A DNA stretch of 64,000 nt from positions 6,083 through 70,082 of the forward strand of contig CAZYMH010000004.1 of the NCBI GenBank assembly GCA_964648105.1, given 5' to 3'. Both the position numbers and the translations under genes were made by a program. Origin of the DNA: an uncultured Candidatus Saccharibacteria bacterium (lineage in GTDB: Bacteria; Patescibacteriota; Saccharimonadia; Saccharimonadales; 2-12-FULL-41-12). Of this stretch, positions 40,136 through 49,823 are shown piece after piece. Each line of letters begins with the position of its first letter. Position 1 is the stretch's first letter. The notes beneath the pieces were generated by a model that worked only from the letters and a program-made list of their open reading frames with translations, made no database searches and was not told where the DNA came from.

Positions 40136-40300
40136 TTAAATACAGTAGTCTTCTGGTGAGTCGGTATCGACTACTTGAGTAGCTAGCAAACCTAGGTTAG
40201 CTTCGGTTACGCTTCTTAAACTACCTTCAGGAACAGCTACCTCAACAGCTTCTTGCGTATCATTCCATTCTTGTTGGATTTTTGGATCAATTTCTGACAT
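40136..40300 (-). CDS. Small acidic protein (54 aa), co-transcribed with fusA
   Basis: Own translation MSEIDPKIQQEWNDTQEAVEVAVPEGSLRSVTEANLGLLATQVVDTDSPEDYCI; GAGGAG SD 6 nt upstream; starts 20 nt after the fusA stop. Confidence 0.45.
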   Translation of the reverse strand: MSEIDPKIQQEWNDTQEAVEVAVPEGSLRSVTEANLGLLATQVVDTDSPEDYCI

Positions 40301-40320
40301 TTTAACTCCTCGTTTGACTA

Positions 40321-42402
40321 TTATTTACCGTTTTTTGCAATAATTGCTTCGGCGACATTTGGTGGCACATCAGCATAATGATCTAGCTCCATCGATGAGC
40401 TAGCTCGGCCTTGGGTAGAGCTTCGTAGCTCTGTGGTGTAGCCGAATAACTCGCCCAACGGAACAAATGCAGTAATTTGCTTGATGCCATTTTGCAGATC
40501 ATCCATGCTCTCGATTCGACCTCGTTTGGCATTCAAAGACCCAATTACATCGCCCATAAATTCTTCTGGTGTTACAGCCACAACTTTCATGATTGGCTCG
40601 AGTAAGACTGGGCTAGACTTCTTTACTCCATCTTGTAAGGCCATCGAACCAGCAATTTTAAAGGCCATTTCTGATGAGTCAACATCGTGATAACTACCAT
40701 CATAAAGCTCAGCTTTGACATCAACTACAGGATAACCAGCTACCACACCGTTATTCATGGCTTCTTCGATACCTTGTTGAACAGGCTTGATATATTCACC
40801 TGGCACAACGCCACCCTTGATGGAGTTGATAAATTCGAAGCCTTTACCAGCTTCGTTTTGGCTAAGTCTTAGCCATACATGGCCGTATTGACCTCGACCA
40901 CCACTTTGGCGGACAAATTTGCCTTCGACTTCGACGGCATCTTTGCGGATTGTTTCACGGTAAGCAACTTGTGGTTGACCGATATTAGCCTCGACCGAAA
41001 ATTCTCGTTTCATACGATCGACCAAAATCTCGAGGTGAAGTTCACCCATACCAGAGATGATCGTCTGTCCTGTCTCGTCATTGACATTGACTCTAAAAGT
41101 TGGATCTTCTTCGGCAAGTCGTTGCAAGGCTAGACTCATCTTCTCTTGATCGGATTTAGTTTTGGGTTCGATAGCAATACTTACAGGTGGCTCAGGGAAG
41201 GTGATGCTCTCGAGGATAATTGGGTTGTTTTGGTCACACAGCGTATTACCAGTTGTGGTATTCTTGAGACCAACAATAGCTGCAATATCACCAGCGACTA
41301 CTTCGCTGACTTCTTCGCGTTTATCGGCTTGCATACGAACAATTCGGCCAATTCGCTCTTTTTCGCCTGTTGAGCTGTTTAGTACATAACTTCCAGCCGT
41401 TAATTTACCCGAGTAAACACGGTAGTACGCTAATTTACCCACAAATGGGTCGGTAGTAATCTTGAAGGCTAGGCCAGCGAGTGGTTCGGCCTCTGATGGT
41501 TTGCGTTCGACTTCTTCATCGGTTTTAGGGTGAGTACCCCAGTTAGATCCGCGATCGAGTGGACTTGGCAGATATTCGGTAGCGATATCGAGCAGTTTCT
41601 CAACAATCACACCACGGCCATCACCACCAGTGACAATAAAGAATGAACCTGTTAGCACAGCCGAACGAATACTAGTACGAATATCTTCTTCGCTCATACC
41701 TTCTTCGCCAACTTCAAAGTATTTCTCAAGCATTTTTTCATCTTCGGCGACGGCATTTTCGATTAGTAAACTTCGGTAGCGTTTGGCTTCATCTAGCATA
41801 TCGGCTGGAATTTCGGCTTCAGTGAGTTCTTTGTCGGTAAAATCTTTGTAGGTGTAAGCCTTCATGCTAACTAAATCAACAATACCATTAACCGATTGCT
41901 CAAAGCCGATTGGCAAATGGATTGGGAAAGCACGTTTACTCAGGCGGTTATGGATTGACTCGAGTGATTTATGAAAATCACCACCAGTTTGATTGATTTT
42001 GTTAATAAAACAGATACGTGGCACGTTGTAACTATCAGCTTGACGCCAAACAGTTTCAGACTGCGACTCAACACCCATTTTCCCGTCAAACACCGTGATT
42101 GCTCCGTCAAGTACCCGCAAACTACGCTGAACTTCAACTGTAAAGTCAATATGCCCTGGTGTGTCGATAATATTAATTTGATGGCCTTTCCAGTGGCAAG
42201 TTACTGCCGCCGAAACAATCGTAATGCCTCGTTCGCGTTCTTGGGCCATCCAGTCAGTAGTTGTCTCACCTTCGTGGACTGCTCCGATTTTGTGCTTTAA
42301 GCCTGTGCGGTACAAAATACCTTCGGTAGTTGTGGTTTTACCAGCGTCAATATGGGCAATAATTCCAATGTTACGAAGTTTATTAATATCTACTTTTGCC
42401 AC
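40321..42402 (-). CDS. fusA: Elongation factor G (GTG start)
   Basis: 693 aa; [25 protein letters not shown] motifs. Confidence 0.97.
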   Translation of the reverse strand: MAKVDINKLRNIGIIAHIDAGKTTTTEGILYRTGLKHKIGAVHEGETTTDWMAQERERGITIVSAAVTCHWKGHQINIIDTPGHIDFTVEVQRSLRVLDGAITVFDGKMGVESQSETVWRQADSYNVPRICFINKINQTGGDFHKSLESIHNRLSKRAFPIHLPIGFEQSVNGIVDLVSMKAYTYKDFTDKELTEAEIPADMLDEAKRYRSLLIENAVAEDEKMLEKYFEVGEEGMSEEDIRTSIRSAVLTGSFFIVTGGDGRGVIVEKLLDIATEYLPSPLDRGSNWGTHPKTDEEVERKPSEAEPLAGLAFKITTDPFVGKLAYYRVYSGKLTAGSYVLNSSTGEKERIGRIVRMQADKREEVSEVVAGDIAAIVGLKNTTTGNTLCDQNNPIILESITFPEPPVSIAIEPKTKSDQEKMSLALQRLAEEDPTFRVNVNDETGQTIISGMGELHLEILVDRMKREFSVEANIGQPQVAYRETIRKDAVEVEGKFVRQSGGRGQYGHVWLRLSQNEAGKGFEFINSIKGGVVPGEYIKPVQQGIEEAMNNGVVAGYPVVDVKAELYDGSYHDVDSSEMAFKIAGSMALQDGVKKSSPVLLEPIMKVVAVTPEEFMGDVIGSLNAKRGRIESMDDLQNGIKQITAFVPLGELFGYTTELRSSTQGRASSSMELDHYADVPPNVAEAIIAKNGK

Positions 42403-42444
42403 GTTTAATATCCCTTTTCATTATTTTTAATAATATTTTAACTA

Positions 42445-42453
42445 ATTCTACCA
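42445..42453 (-). promoter_or_regulatory. Candidate extended -10 promoter (TGGTAGAAT) dedicated to fusA
   Basis: Minus strand TGGTAGAAT about 45 nt upstream of the fusA GTG, in the AT-rich gap after the island. Confidence 0.35.
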
Positions 42454-42563
42454 CAAATCACCTTCAATTTAAAATTTAGAGATTTAGATTTTGCAATCTT
42501 GTTTTTTAAAATGCTATTAGGAGTTTGTTACTTTCTTAAATAATTAACTCGTCAGTTCATTAC

Positions 42564-42779
42564 TTAAGAAAGTGCCGGTGTTGTCATTGATGATAAATCA
42601 TCGATGAACGGAACCGGCGGTCCGTTGATAGAAGAGGTTGCGAGGACACTGAAATGTCCGTCAAGCTTCCTGCTCCTACGAGCCTGTAAAGCCATAAAAT
42701 GGCGAACATAGCTCAGTAAAACTTGGGCGAGAACTCGAAGTTCTCTAGCCGAAGTCGCGTGAGGTGTTAGAGGCACCAT
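42564..42779 (-). CDS. Hypothetical small protein (71 aa from the ATG)
   Basis: AAGGGAGAG SD upstream; ORF-track GTG at 42791 is too close to the SD; last gene of the island. Confidence 0.3.
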   Translation of the reverse strand: MVPLTPHATSARELRVLAQVLLSYVRHFMALQARRSRKLDGHFSVLATSSINGPPVPFIDDLSSMTTPALS

Positions 42780-42865
42780 CACTTTTCCCACTCTCCCTTA
42801 TTCCATAGGGCGACACTCACTGTAGCATCATGCTTAGTGACGTCGAATTTTTGTTGCATGTGGGG

Positions 42866-43729
42866 TCACGACCCGTCAGGCACCGAAAGATGCAGATGGT
42901 TGGCATGATTGCTCATGTAAAATGCCCCACATGGGAACTGGCTGTACTGACAGGCGTCATAAATGGTCGGGTTATCAATATCATCGATACCTGTGCCACC
43001 TCGGCCTGTGTGCAGTGAGATCAACTGCCGTGGATAAATCCTCGCTGCCCAAAGAGCCCGAATCGCTTCAGTCACTTTGTCATTGCGATGTTGCAGGTCA
43101 GATCCTACGCCGATCCGAAAACCACCAATTACCGAAATATCAGCCGCTAACCCAGCTGGGTGAGCAGAGATACCTCCTGTAGTGGTCGAAATCGAGTGAG
43201 AGCGAGCCAGACAGCTGAATTCGACATAAGGCTTACTTGCCCCACGTCTCTCTTGGTCGGCAGCGATAACCATCGCTTGCACCCAGATGTTAGGATGAAT
43301 CGATGTACCTCGACCAGGCCCACGGTCGGTGTACGGCCGAGCAACCTGATCAAGAAAATCTTGTCTTGTCCCCCAGCATGCTGCATCGGAGAACGTAACC
43401 CCACCAGAATCGACGTACTTCTGTTTGAGGATTCTGGCTAATCTTGTACTTTCCTGAGCATCATTGCCCCTAGACACTACTTCGAAGGTGGGGTCTTGCT
43501 CCTCGGTCACTTTAGCCACAAGAGGCATCGGCAACAATGAAGCTTTGACTGACTTTGGGTTGTCACCTGCCGAACCCCAAGTGGGTCCGAAAAGTGAGGC
43601 CGCCGAAACAGTCAATACTGCGGTTGTTACTACTCCTTTCAAAATAGCTGGTCGTTTACGGGCCGACTTTTTGGAGCCAGTCGGTTGTTTCTGACTGAAG
43701 GCCTTACTAACTTCGTCTTGTAACGACAT
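42866..43729 (-). CDS. Secreted LAS/M15 (VanY-like) zinc peptidase, putative peptidoglycan hydrolase
   Basis: 287 aa; signal/TM near residue 30; exact S-x-H-x-x-G-x-A-x-D motif (SAHPAGLAAD) and C-terminal H-x-H (NHLHLS). Confidence 0.65.
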   Translation of the reverse strand: MSLQDEVSKAFSQKQPTGSKKSARKRPAILKGVVTTAVLTVSAASLFGPTWGSAGDNPKSVKASLLPMPLVAKVTEEQDPTFEVVSRGNDAQESTRLARILKQKYVDSGGVTFSDAACWGTRQDFLDQVARPYTDRGPGRGTSIHPNIWVQAMVIAADQERRGASKPYVEFSCLARSHSISTTTGGISAHPAGLAADISVIGGFRIGVGSDLQHRNDKVTEAIRALWAARIYPRQLISLHTGRGGTGIDDIDNPTIYDACQYSQFPCGAFYMSNHANHLHLSVPDGS

Positions 43730-44128
43730 CTAGTCACCACCGCGACGAAGTTGTTGGCCTGCCCACTGCCAGATAGTCTGGCTTTCGCCTGACCTCTGAG
43801 CGTTTGAAGTGGTCATTTCTTCGTTAGAGTCCATCTTTTCTCTGGCCCCACGGATACCGTCAATAAGAGCGGCGAGGCCAGAGATAACTTCGGCGGAAGA
43901 AGCTTGGCCGTTACGACTTTTGGTCGTCGCTCCAGTCAGCTTCTCGCCGTAGAACGTCAAGCACTGCCCTGCAGTTTCCAAGACCTCCAGCAACTCGACA
44001 AAAATCATGTCGCTGGCGACCAGGATGTCGGCGTCTTTGGTTGACAGCCCACACTGGTCTTCCAAAGACGCTCTTCGCTCACTCTTTGACATCTGAGTGA
44101 GCATTTGCAAATCTACGCGGTCGGACAT
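43730..44128 (-). CDS. Hypothetical helical cytoplasmic protein (132 aa)
   Basis: The ATG at 44128 has a strong AGGAGGAGGT SD; ORF-track GTG at 44176 is less likely. Confidence 0.45.
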   Translation of the reverse strand: MSDRVDLQMLTQMSKSERRASLEDQCGLSTKDADILVASDMIFVELLEVLETAGQCLTFYGEKLTGATTKSRNGQASSAEVISGLAALIDGIRGAREKMDSNEEMTTSNAQRSGESQTIWQWAGQQLRRGGD

Positions 44129-44200
44129 ACCTCCTCCTACACTAGAGTGGGTGACACCACAAACTTCAGATATCACCCTGATTGGACAACTTGTAGTTTA

Positions 44201-46018
44201 TCAAAGCTTGAATCGATCCGTCGAGCTGACGGTCGAATTCTGGCTTTTTGGCGACTTGAGCTGACTACTCTTGCTGGCGAAGCCCAGGATACCGTAAACA
44301 GCGAAAACGAGTTGCTGTCTCATAATCCAGGCCAAAACCAGCATGCCGAGCAATGCCAGGTACTCCCACTTCAGCTCGAGAGCTGACGAATCTTGAACCG
44401 AATCGTCAACACCGAGATGTGAGTAGCGACGCGACTTCTCACGGTTGTACTCGTCACGCACCTTGGAAGTACAAGACGCGAAGTTCTGCTCGGTCGAAAC
44501 TTTGCAAGACTTGGCAGTTGCCAGAGCCACCAATGACGCAGGCCGCTGAACGAGCGGGTAAAGACCCAGAACGTTCATGTTGGCATAACAATCAGAGCTT
44601 TCGCCCTTACAAACTCGCTTAGCCAGCTTGGCCTGCTGGTGGTTACCTGCCATTACGCTACTCGCGAACTGCTTGGCAGGAGCAGTAAGCTCCTTCTTGC
44701 CCAGCTTGGCTACATAAGTAGCCTGCGACCAACTGGCCTGCTGCCTGATGGCCTTGACATACAAGCCGTACAAAGCCGCAGGAGTAGTCTTCTGGTCGTG
44801 CGTGAACCGACTGTTCTTCTCGGGCAATCGGTCATGCATCTTATCCCGCCAGCTGTCGAACAACGAGCTTGCCGTAAGGCAAACTGCTTCATTGTTCTTA
44901 TTGCTCTGGGGATTGCACTTTGCAAATGCAGGCCCATAGACCTTGACTGTCTGGTTAAACCAACGGTCTTGGTCCTTAAGTCGTTCTGCTGCAAGCTTCA
45001 GCTCAATATGTGAGATGAAAAAGTGCGACAGACGACTGTTGGTACGACCATCGGCGTAGCGTTCGGCAGTAGCCTTCAGCTTGTTCAGCTTCGGGTAGCC
45101 GTTTGGCACGCCTTTGACATCCTTGTCGATGATCACATCCAGCCGCCGCTGAGTCTCGAGCAGCGGGTTCTGACGCAGGAACGCTAGCATATACTGCCTA
45201 GCAATGTTCCTGCGGCTAGCGGGTGAGCTTTTGCTCATCAGATCTGCTGTTGCACCGCGGACCTTACGAGCTTCGGCAAAACAACCTTTCCAGCCGAACT
45301 CACGCCGATGTTCCCAGCAGAGTTCCGCAAGGAACGCCTGCTTCTCGCCAGTCCGTGCCAACACGCGGTCAGCCCGAGCTAGTCTGGCGGGAGCCATCAA
45401 AATGTTCTTGAAGACAACTTCCAGTCTGCTCATCCGACCTTGGGACGAACCAACCTTACGGCAACTCGTGACACCCTTACGGATGACCACAAATTGGCCA
45501 TTGCGAATCCTGACGTACTTTTCGCCGCGGTTTCCCGTGACGATCGTGCCAGAGATGTTCGGTCCAACTTTGCCCGTCCGACTGGTGTCAAATGTGTTCG
45601 GTCCCGAATGAGTCCAAACGTAACCTGACAGAGCCGTGCAGCTGACACGATTTCCCTTCTGACCCATCGACATCGCCACAAGCTGGTTGACCTGCGATGT
45701 TGATGTCGTCGGGTAGTACTCTGCTTCTACCACAGGGGTAGCTTGCTTAGCCGTCGTCTGGGCTACTCTCCGAGGAGAAGTGTAGCTAGTCGTCGGCAAC
45801 GGCACGTAAGCAGAGGTTCGCGGCGTTTGCACAGGCGGTGTCGGCGATGGCACATGGGCGTCCGAGGCCAGCTGGATATTCAACCCCTTGGGGGTGTTTC
45901 CATCTGCCCGCTCGACGGCCACGTAGTCAGCGTAGCTGTCTTGCCCAACTGCGGTCATCGGTGCCAGCAGAGCTGACACTGCGATGACTCCAAAGAGCCA
46001 TTTGGTTCGGTTGTGCAT
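44201..46018 (-). CDS. Large secreted orphan (605 aa) with C-terminal TM anchor
   Basis: Signal peptide ...LLAPMTAVGQD, Pro/Thr-rich linker, many Cys, hydrophobic WEYLALLGMLVLAWI near the C-terminus. Confidence 0.55.
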   Translation of the reverse strand: MHNRTKWLFGVIAVSALLAPMTAVGQDSYADYVAVERADGNTPKGLNIQLASDAHVPSPTPPVQTPRTSAYVPLPTTSYTSPRRVAQTTAKQATPVVEAEYYPTTSTSQVNQLVAMSMGQKGNRVSCTALSGYVWTHSGPNTFDTSRTGKVGPNISGTIVTGNRGEKYVRIRNGQFVVIRKGVTSCRKVGSSQGRMSRLEVVFKNILMAPARLARADRVLARTGEKQAFLAELCWEHRREFGWKGCFAEARKVRGATADLMSKSSPASRRNIARQYMLAFLRQNPLLETQRRLDVIIDKDVKGVPNGYPKLNKLKATAERYADGRTNSRLSHFFISHIELKLAAERLKDQDRWFNQTVKVYGPAFAKCNPQSNKNNEAVCLTASSLFDSWRDKMHDRLPEKNSRFTHDQKTTPAALYGLYVKAIRQQASWSQATYVAKLGKKELTAPAKQFASSVMAGNHQQAKLAKRVCKGESSDCYANMNVLGLYPLVQRPASLVALATAKSCKVSTEQNFASCTSKVRDEYNREKSRRYSHLGVDDSVQDSSALELKWEYLALLGMLVLAWIMRQQLVFAVYGILGFASKSSQLKSPKSQNSTVSSTDRFKL

Positions 46019-46030
46019 GATATCTCCATT

Positions 46031-46747
46031 TTAGGAGTCTTTGACAGGGATAAACTTGATTTGGGTTGACCCAATGCCCAGCATGACTAGTCCCAGAATG
46101 AATACTGCAGTCCACGAAAATTCCGTAGACTCGTTGCTCGCCCGGGACTGATTCTTCATGCCATCCTTGAGAGGATAGCCTACAACAATCGGAGCTTCCT
46201 CAACTACCTCAGAGGATTTTCCAGGTTGAGTAAATAGCCCTCGACTAGGGTCACCACCCAACTCTGAGTAATAATCTGAGACATTACCGACCCAATGGCT
46301 GTTAAGTCCGCCTGGATCGTTAGATGCTCCAACAGGACACCATTTGGCACCGACTTCGGCTACTGACTGTCGGGTCCGATAGTTCTCACCCAATAGTCTT
46401 GCCGCCGCTCGGATGCCATGTTCCCATGAAGGACCAAGCGTCCATCCAGGACCAATCCCCCATGCGTTATGCTTGGAGATGTTTTGAGCATCTCCTGTGG
46501 TGCCAAAATGACTTTCAGCACCAGAAATAGCTACCAGTAACCGTGGGTCAACGCCATACTCATTTCCCCATCGGACAAAGTCTTTGCCGTGTCCAACAAG
46601 TGGTGAATTTGACACTTTCCCTTCGATATACTGATCGATTCTTTCAGCAAGGCCATTGCTGGATGTTGCAGCCACTGGCACCATCATGCCTCCGAGGAGG
46701 ACTATTATGGCCGCCAGTAGGCACTTCATCTTGCTAAAATACACCAT
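46031..46747 (-). CDS. SLT/lysozyme-like peptidoglycan glycosidase (VirB1-like role?) with C-terminal TM
   Basis: 238 aa; signal peptide; YGVDPRLLVAISGAESHFGT...HNAWGIG resembles the lytic transglycosylase E-S catalytic block; AAGGAGGTGA SD. Confidence 0.5.
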   Translation of the reverse strand: MVYFSKMKCLLAAIIVLLGGMMVPVAATSSNGLAERIDQYIEGKVSNSPLVGHGKDFVRWGNEYGVDPRLLVAISGAESHFGTTGDAQNISKHNAWGIGPGWTLGPSWEHGIRAAARLLGENYRTRQSVAEVGAKWCPVGASNDPGGLNSHWVGNVSDYYSELGGDPSRGLFTQPGKSSEVVEEAPIVVGYPLKDGMKNQSRASNESTEFSWTAVFILGLVMLGIGSTQIKFIPVKDS

Positions 46748-46788
46748 TCACCTCCTTAGGGAGTGAAAGTTGTCTTAGTCGGCGTAAG

Positions 46789-46977
46789 TTACCTCTTTGA
46801 CCACAGCTTGGTGAATGCCAGCAGCACCATTGCTACGACCAATAAGGTAACGAACAGTATAAGATGGGCCAATACAGTTATCGCTATGCCGATGGCACAG
46901 ACGCTTGCGATGGCCCCTACCGCCAGTTGCCTAACACCTTGCGGTGCAGGCACAGGACGATGATGATTACCAGCCAT
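46789..46977 (-). CDS. Small 2-TM membrane protein (62 aa)
   Basis: The ATG at 46977 overlaps the upstream gene stop (ATGGCTGGTAA); two hydrophobic helices. Confidence 0.4.
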   Translation of the reverse strand: MAGNHHRPVPAPQGVRQLAVGAIASVCAIGIAITVLAHLILFVTLLVVAMVLLAFTKLWSKR

Positions 46978-48028
46978 TGCCAATTACCACCTTGTCTGTC
47001 GTGGTCGAAGTCGGAACGCTTTTGAGCTTCAGCCCATCGACGTAACTGACCTCAATCCGAACATCAAAACCCTTTGCTCTCAAGTCCTCGATCTGCTGCT
47101 TGTTAGCAGCTTTGATCAATTTCTCGATTTGTGGACGGGTGTTGTCCTGAGCCTGCTGCAATGCTGACCGCCCGCCAAACGACTTATCATCGCTAGGGGT
47201 GGTAGCTAACTTATAGGCACGGTCAAGAGCCAGCGATTGTGCTGAGTTGGCTTTGCCGTCATCGGGGCCAGCGATTAAGCTAGCCATCCGATACAGGATA
47301 CCGCCTCCAGAACTGCCATGAAAATGCGTGGCTTTCTTACCACACCTCTCCCAGGCTGCTCCGAAGTCGTCGGCCATGACACTATCAGACAGATGGTACT
47401 GCTGCCCCTCAATGTAGAGAGATGCGTACCGCCTGATGATGTTGGGCCTCGGAACTTGAACCGAAATCACGTAGACTGGCTTTTTGCCAGGCACAGTCGG
47501 TCCATATTCACGATCACCCTTGATGCTTTGTTCGATGTACCACGACAGGCTGTCGATTCCGACAGGGAACCTGCCGAGGGCATCGAGCTTGATCTTGCTC
47601 GAGTTGAACAAAAAACCGAGCAGGAACTTCTTGGGGATATCGATTTCCCCGCCATTTACTACATTTGGCACGCAGAAAACGATGTCGCTAGTAATGTAAG
47701 TGTCCTGGGGAGACACAAACACAACTGGTGGTCCTGTGGACTCCAGTTTATGGGCGAAAATGCTTTCTAGCCGATTGATTACAACCCATGACAGGCTGAA
47801 CACGACCAGAACCACTGCGATAAGAGCCGAAGCTCTGACCCATGGGTGGTACTTCTGCAATGTGATGTTATCTCTCTTGCCGATGCGATGCATCAACCAG
47901 AGAAAGCCGATCAACCCGATTACGGATATCCCGACTGGAATCATCAGTAACCATAGTGGCTGATCGAAGTCGATCTTCAGTGGACCAAGCTGTATCAAAA
48001 CAGCTGGTTGGCCAAAGAAAGGCGACAT
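46967..48028 (-). CDS. Membrane-anchored orphan (353 aa)
   Basis: AGGAGGTGA SD; two N-terminal TM helices followed by a soluble domain of about 260 aa. Confidence 0.55.
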   Translation of the reverse strand: MSPFFGQPAVLIQLGPLKIDFDQPLWLLMIPVGISVIGLIGFLWLMHRIGKRDNITLQKYHPWVRASALIAVVLVVFSLSWVVINRLESIFAHKLESTGPPVVFVSPQDTYITSDIVFCVPNVVNGGEIDIPKKFLLGFLFNSSKIKLDALGRFPVGIDSLSWYIEQSIKGDREYGPTVPGKKPVYVISVQVPRPNIIRRYASLYIEGQQYHLSDSVMADDFGAAWERCGKKATHFHGSSGGGILYRMASLIAGPDDGKANSAQSLALDRAYKLATTPSDDKSFGGRSALQQAQDNTRPQIEKLIKAANKQQIEDLRAKGFDVRIEVSYVDGLKLKSVPTSTTTDKVVIGNGW

Positions 48029-48426
48029 TTTCTCTCACCTCCTATTCATCAATGTTTGTATTTGTTATAGTACACTGCTACTTTATACTCAAAATTTATA
48101 TAATTTGACTCTAAAACAGATAGATGGACAAATCTTGATTCAAATACAAAGCAGCAGCGTACTACAAAATTTACGCTTATTTATAATTGTTAAATAGCGG
48201 ATTTACGGAGAATAAGTCCACCTATCGTTCAAGATGAGCAGATTCATCGAACGCAAATCATATAATATAATTACTATACTTTAGGTGTTTTGTCAATGTT
48301 TATAACATATAATTGGCATACTTACTTTTAAGTATTATGGTTATACAAAGCATCATAAATTGAACATTTCGTTGTTGTAAATTAAGTAATATACAACTAT
48401 ATTTGCGAGGAGTAAAATATATTATT

Positions 48427-49353
48427 ATGACAGAGCATGAGGGCAATAATGAAAGGCCGCGAAATGATGATTATAGCGACCATAAAAATGACGGCTTTTT
48501 GTCACCACCTTACAGCGATGTACATCGTCGACCGAGTGTGATAATTGAAGGATCCGATGATAATTTTTATGAGCGAAACAAACGCACTTTATTAATCGGA
48601 GCTTCAGCTGTAATAGGCATTTTGGCAGTCGGTGGGATTATCAAGTCATGTACCGATGACGAGCCAAAACCCAAAACTCCATCCAAAACAGAATCTAGTC
48701 TATCGGGGCGGACATTCTCTGAACTACTTAATGCCAATTCTAAGAATAACTCTGGTCAGAGGGTAGTTTTGGCTAATTTTAATATCGCTCGAGTTTTAAA
48801 CGATGATCTAGCAGCTGGCAATAACAGCGTCGAGACATTAAGTGTCAGTACCACCGCTTGCACTACTGGCAGTGGCTCAACTGTTCGACCAATCAAATCA
48901 AATGTCTCGACGATTATTTTTCGGAATTCCGAGAGCCGTAATCCATTTTTACCTGTTATTCTAAACGATGAACATATATCAGCCACCGAAAAATACCGAA
49001 CTAACTTCCGCGAGGCAACCAAAGATAGTGGTTATATGCACCGCGACCCAACCCGAATGTCGAAGAAAAATATCAAATTCATTAAATCAGCCGTTAACGA
49101 CCAACTGTGTCCTACAGGCACAACAGCCATTGACCCGCAAATATCGTCTAGACGCTTACTCATCGACGATGCCGCCTTCGAAGGAAGGCAGCTCTACGAC
49201 ACCAATAATCGTAACCCGTTAAGAGGTGTAAGTAACTTCTTTGAACGTATCGGCAGTGGTGGGATTATCTTAATTTTGGTAGGTTTAGGGGCAGTGGCAT
49301 TACTATCTGACGGGGATTTTCGTAGTCGCTTTGGCCGCCGAAAAAACGACTAA
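48427..49353 (+). CDS. Orphan membrane protein, the only plus-strand gene in the island
   Basis: ORF opens at TTG 48403; ATG at 48427 follows a GAGGAG SD; TM helices near residues 55-75 and at the C-terminus. Confidence 0.5.
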   Translation: MTEHEGNNERPRNDDYSDHKNDGFLSPPYSDVHRRPSVIIEGSDDNFYERNKRTLLIGASAVIGILAVGGIIKSCTDDEPKPKTPSKTESSLSGRTFSELLNANSKNNSGQRVVLANFNIARVLNDDLAAGNNSVETLSVSTTACTTGSGSTVRPIKSNVSTIIFRNSESRNPFLPVILNDEHISATEKYRTNFREATKDSGYMHRDPTRMSKKNIKFIKSAVNDQLCPTGTTAIDPQISSRRLLIDDAAFEGRQLYDTNNRNPLRGVSNFFERIGSGGIILILVGLGAVALLSDGDFRSRFGRRKND

Positions 49354-49823
49354 ACAGCTTGATTTTTGCTTTCATCCTTTTGGAATCATCAGCATAAATA
49401 CACATTTATGTAGCAATAGGCACTAAATAAATCAGGAGATCTCGGAAGCGAGACCAGCATCTGAAATATTTAGAGCCAAGGTTTGGCGAGGAAATTCTAG
49501 CTATGAAACCAGATATTCAACTCTTAAAGCCAATTTTGGCCAAAGTCGAGTGTTAATCGCTGCTCTTTTAGGGAGCTAGTTTTTCACACTCGACTTTAAG
49601 CCGGACGCTGAACTTAAGTCGCCATAGAGGTGGACAAAAGTTCCTTTTTGATGGGCGAATTCGCATATCTTTGGTCTGGCTCGACAGTTGGTGGTATATA
49701 TCAAAAATATTCCAACTGGAACTCTAGACGAAGACAGGAACTCTAGCCTGTATGGTTGGTTTTCGTTTGTGTCTTGTGATTCCTTTCTGTTTTAGATTGG
49801 CCCGAGCAGAAGTAGGCAACATC

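Noticed and set aside
42465-42474. CAATTTAAAA at 42465-42474 and 57990-57999 as attL/attR of the island
   Set aside because: A 10-bp all-but-one-A/T match is expected by chance in AT-rich intergenic DNA, and there is no integrase to support it. It is noted only as something to test against an empty site.
44353-47770. Numerous 60-150-aa ORFs on both strands inside the GC-rich block (for example 44639-45013, 45204-45611, 45430-45681, 47318-47770)
   Set aside because: Elevated GC lowers stop-codon frequency in off-frames. All of them are nested in longer minus-strand ORFs that have proper Shine-Dalgarno sequences.
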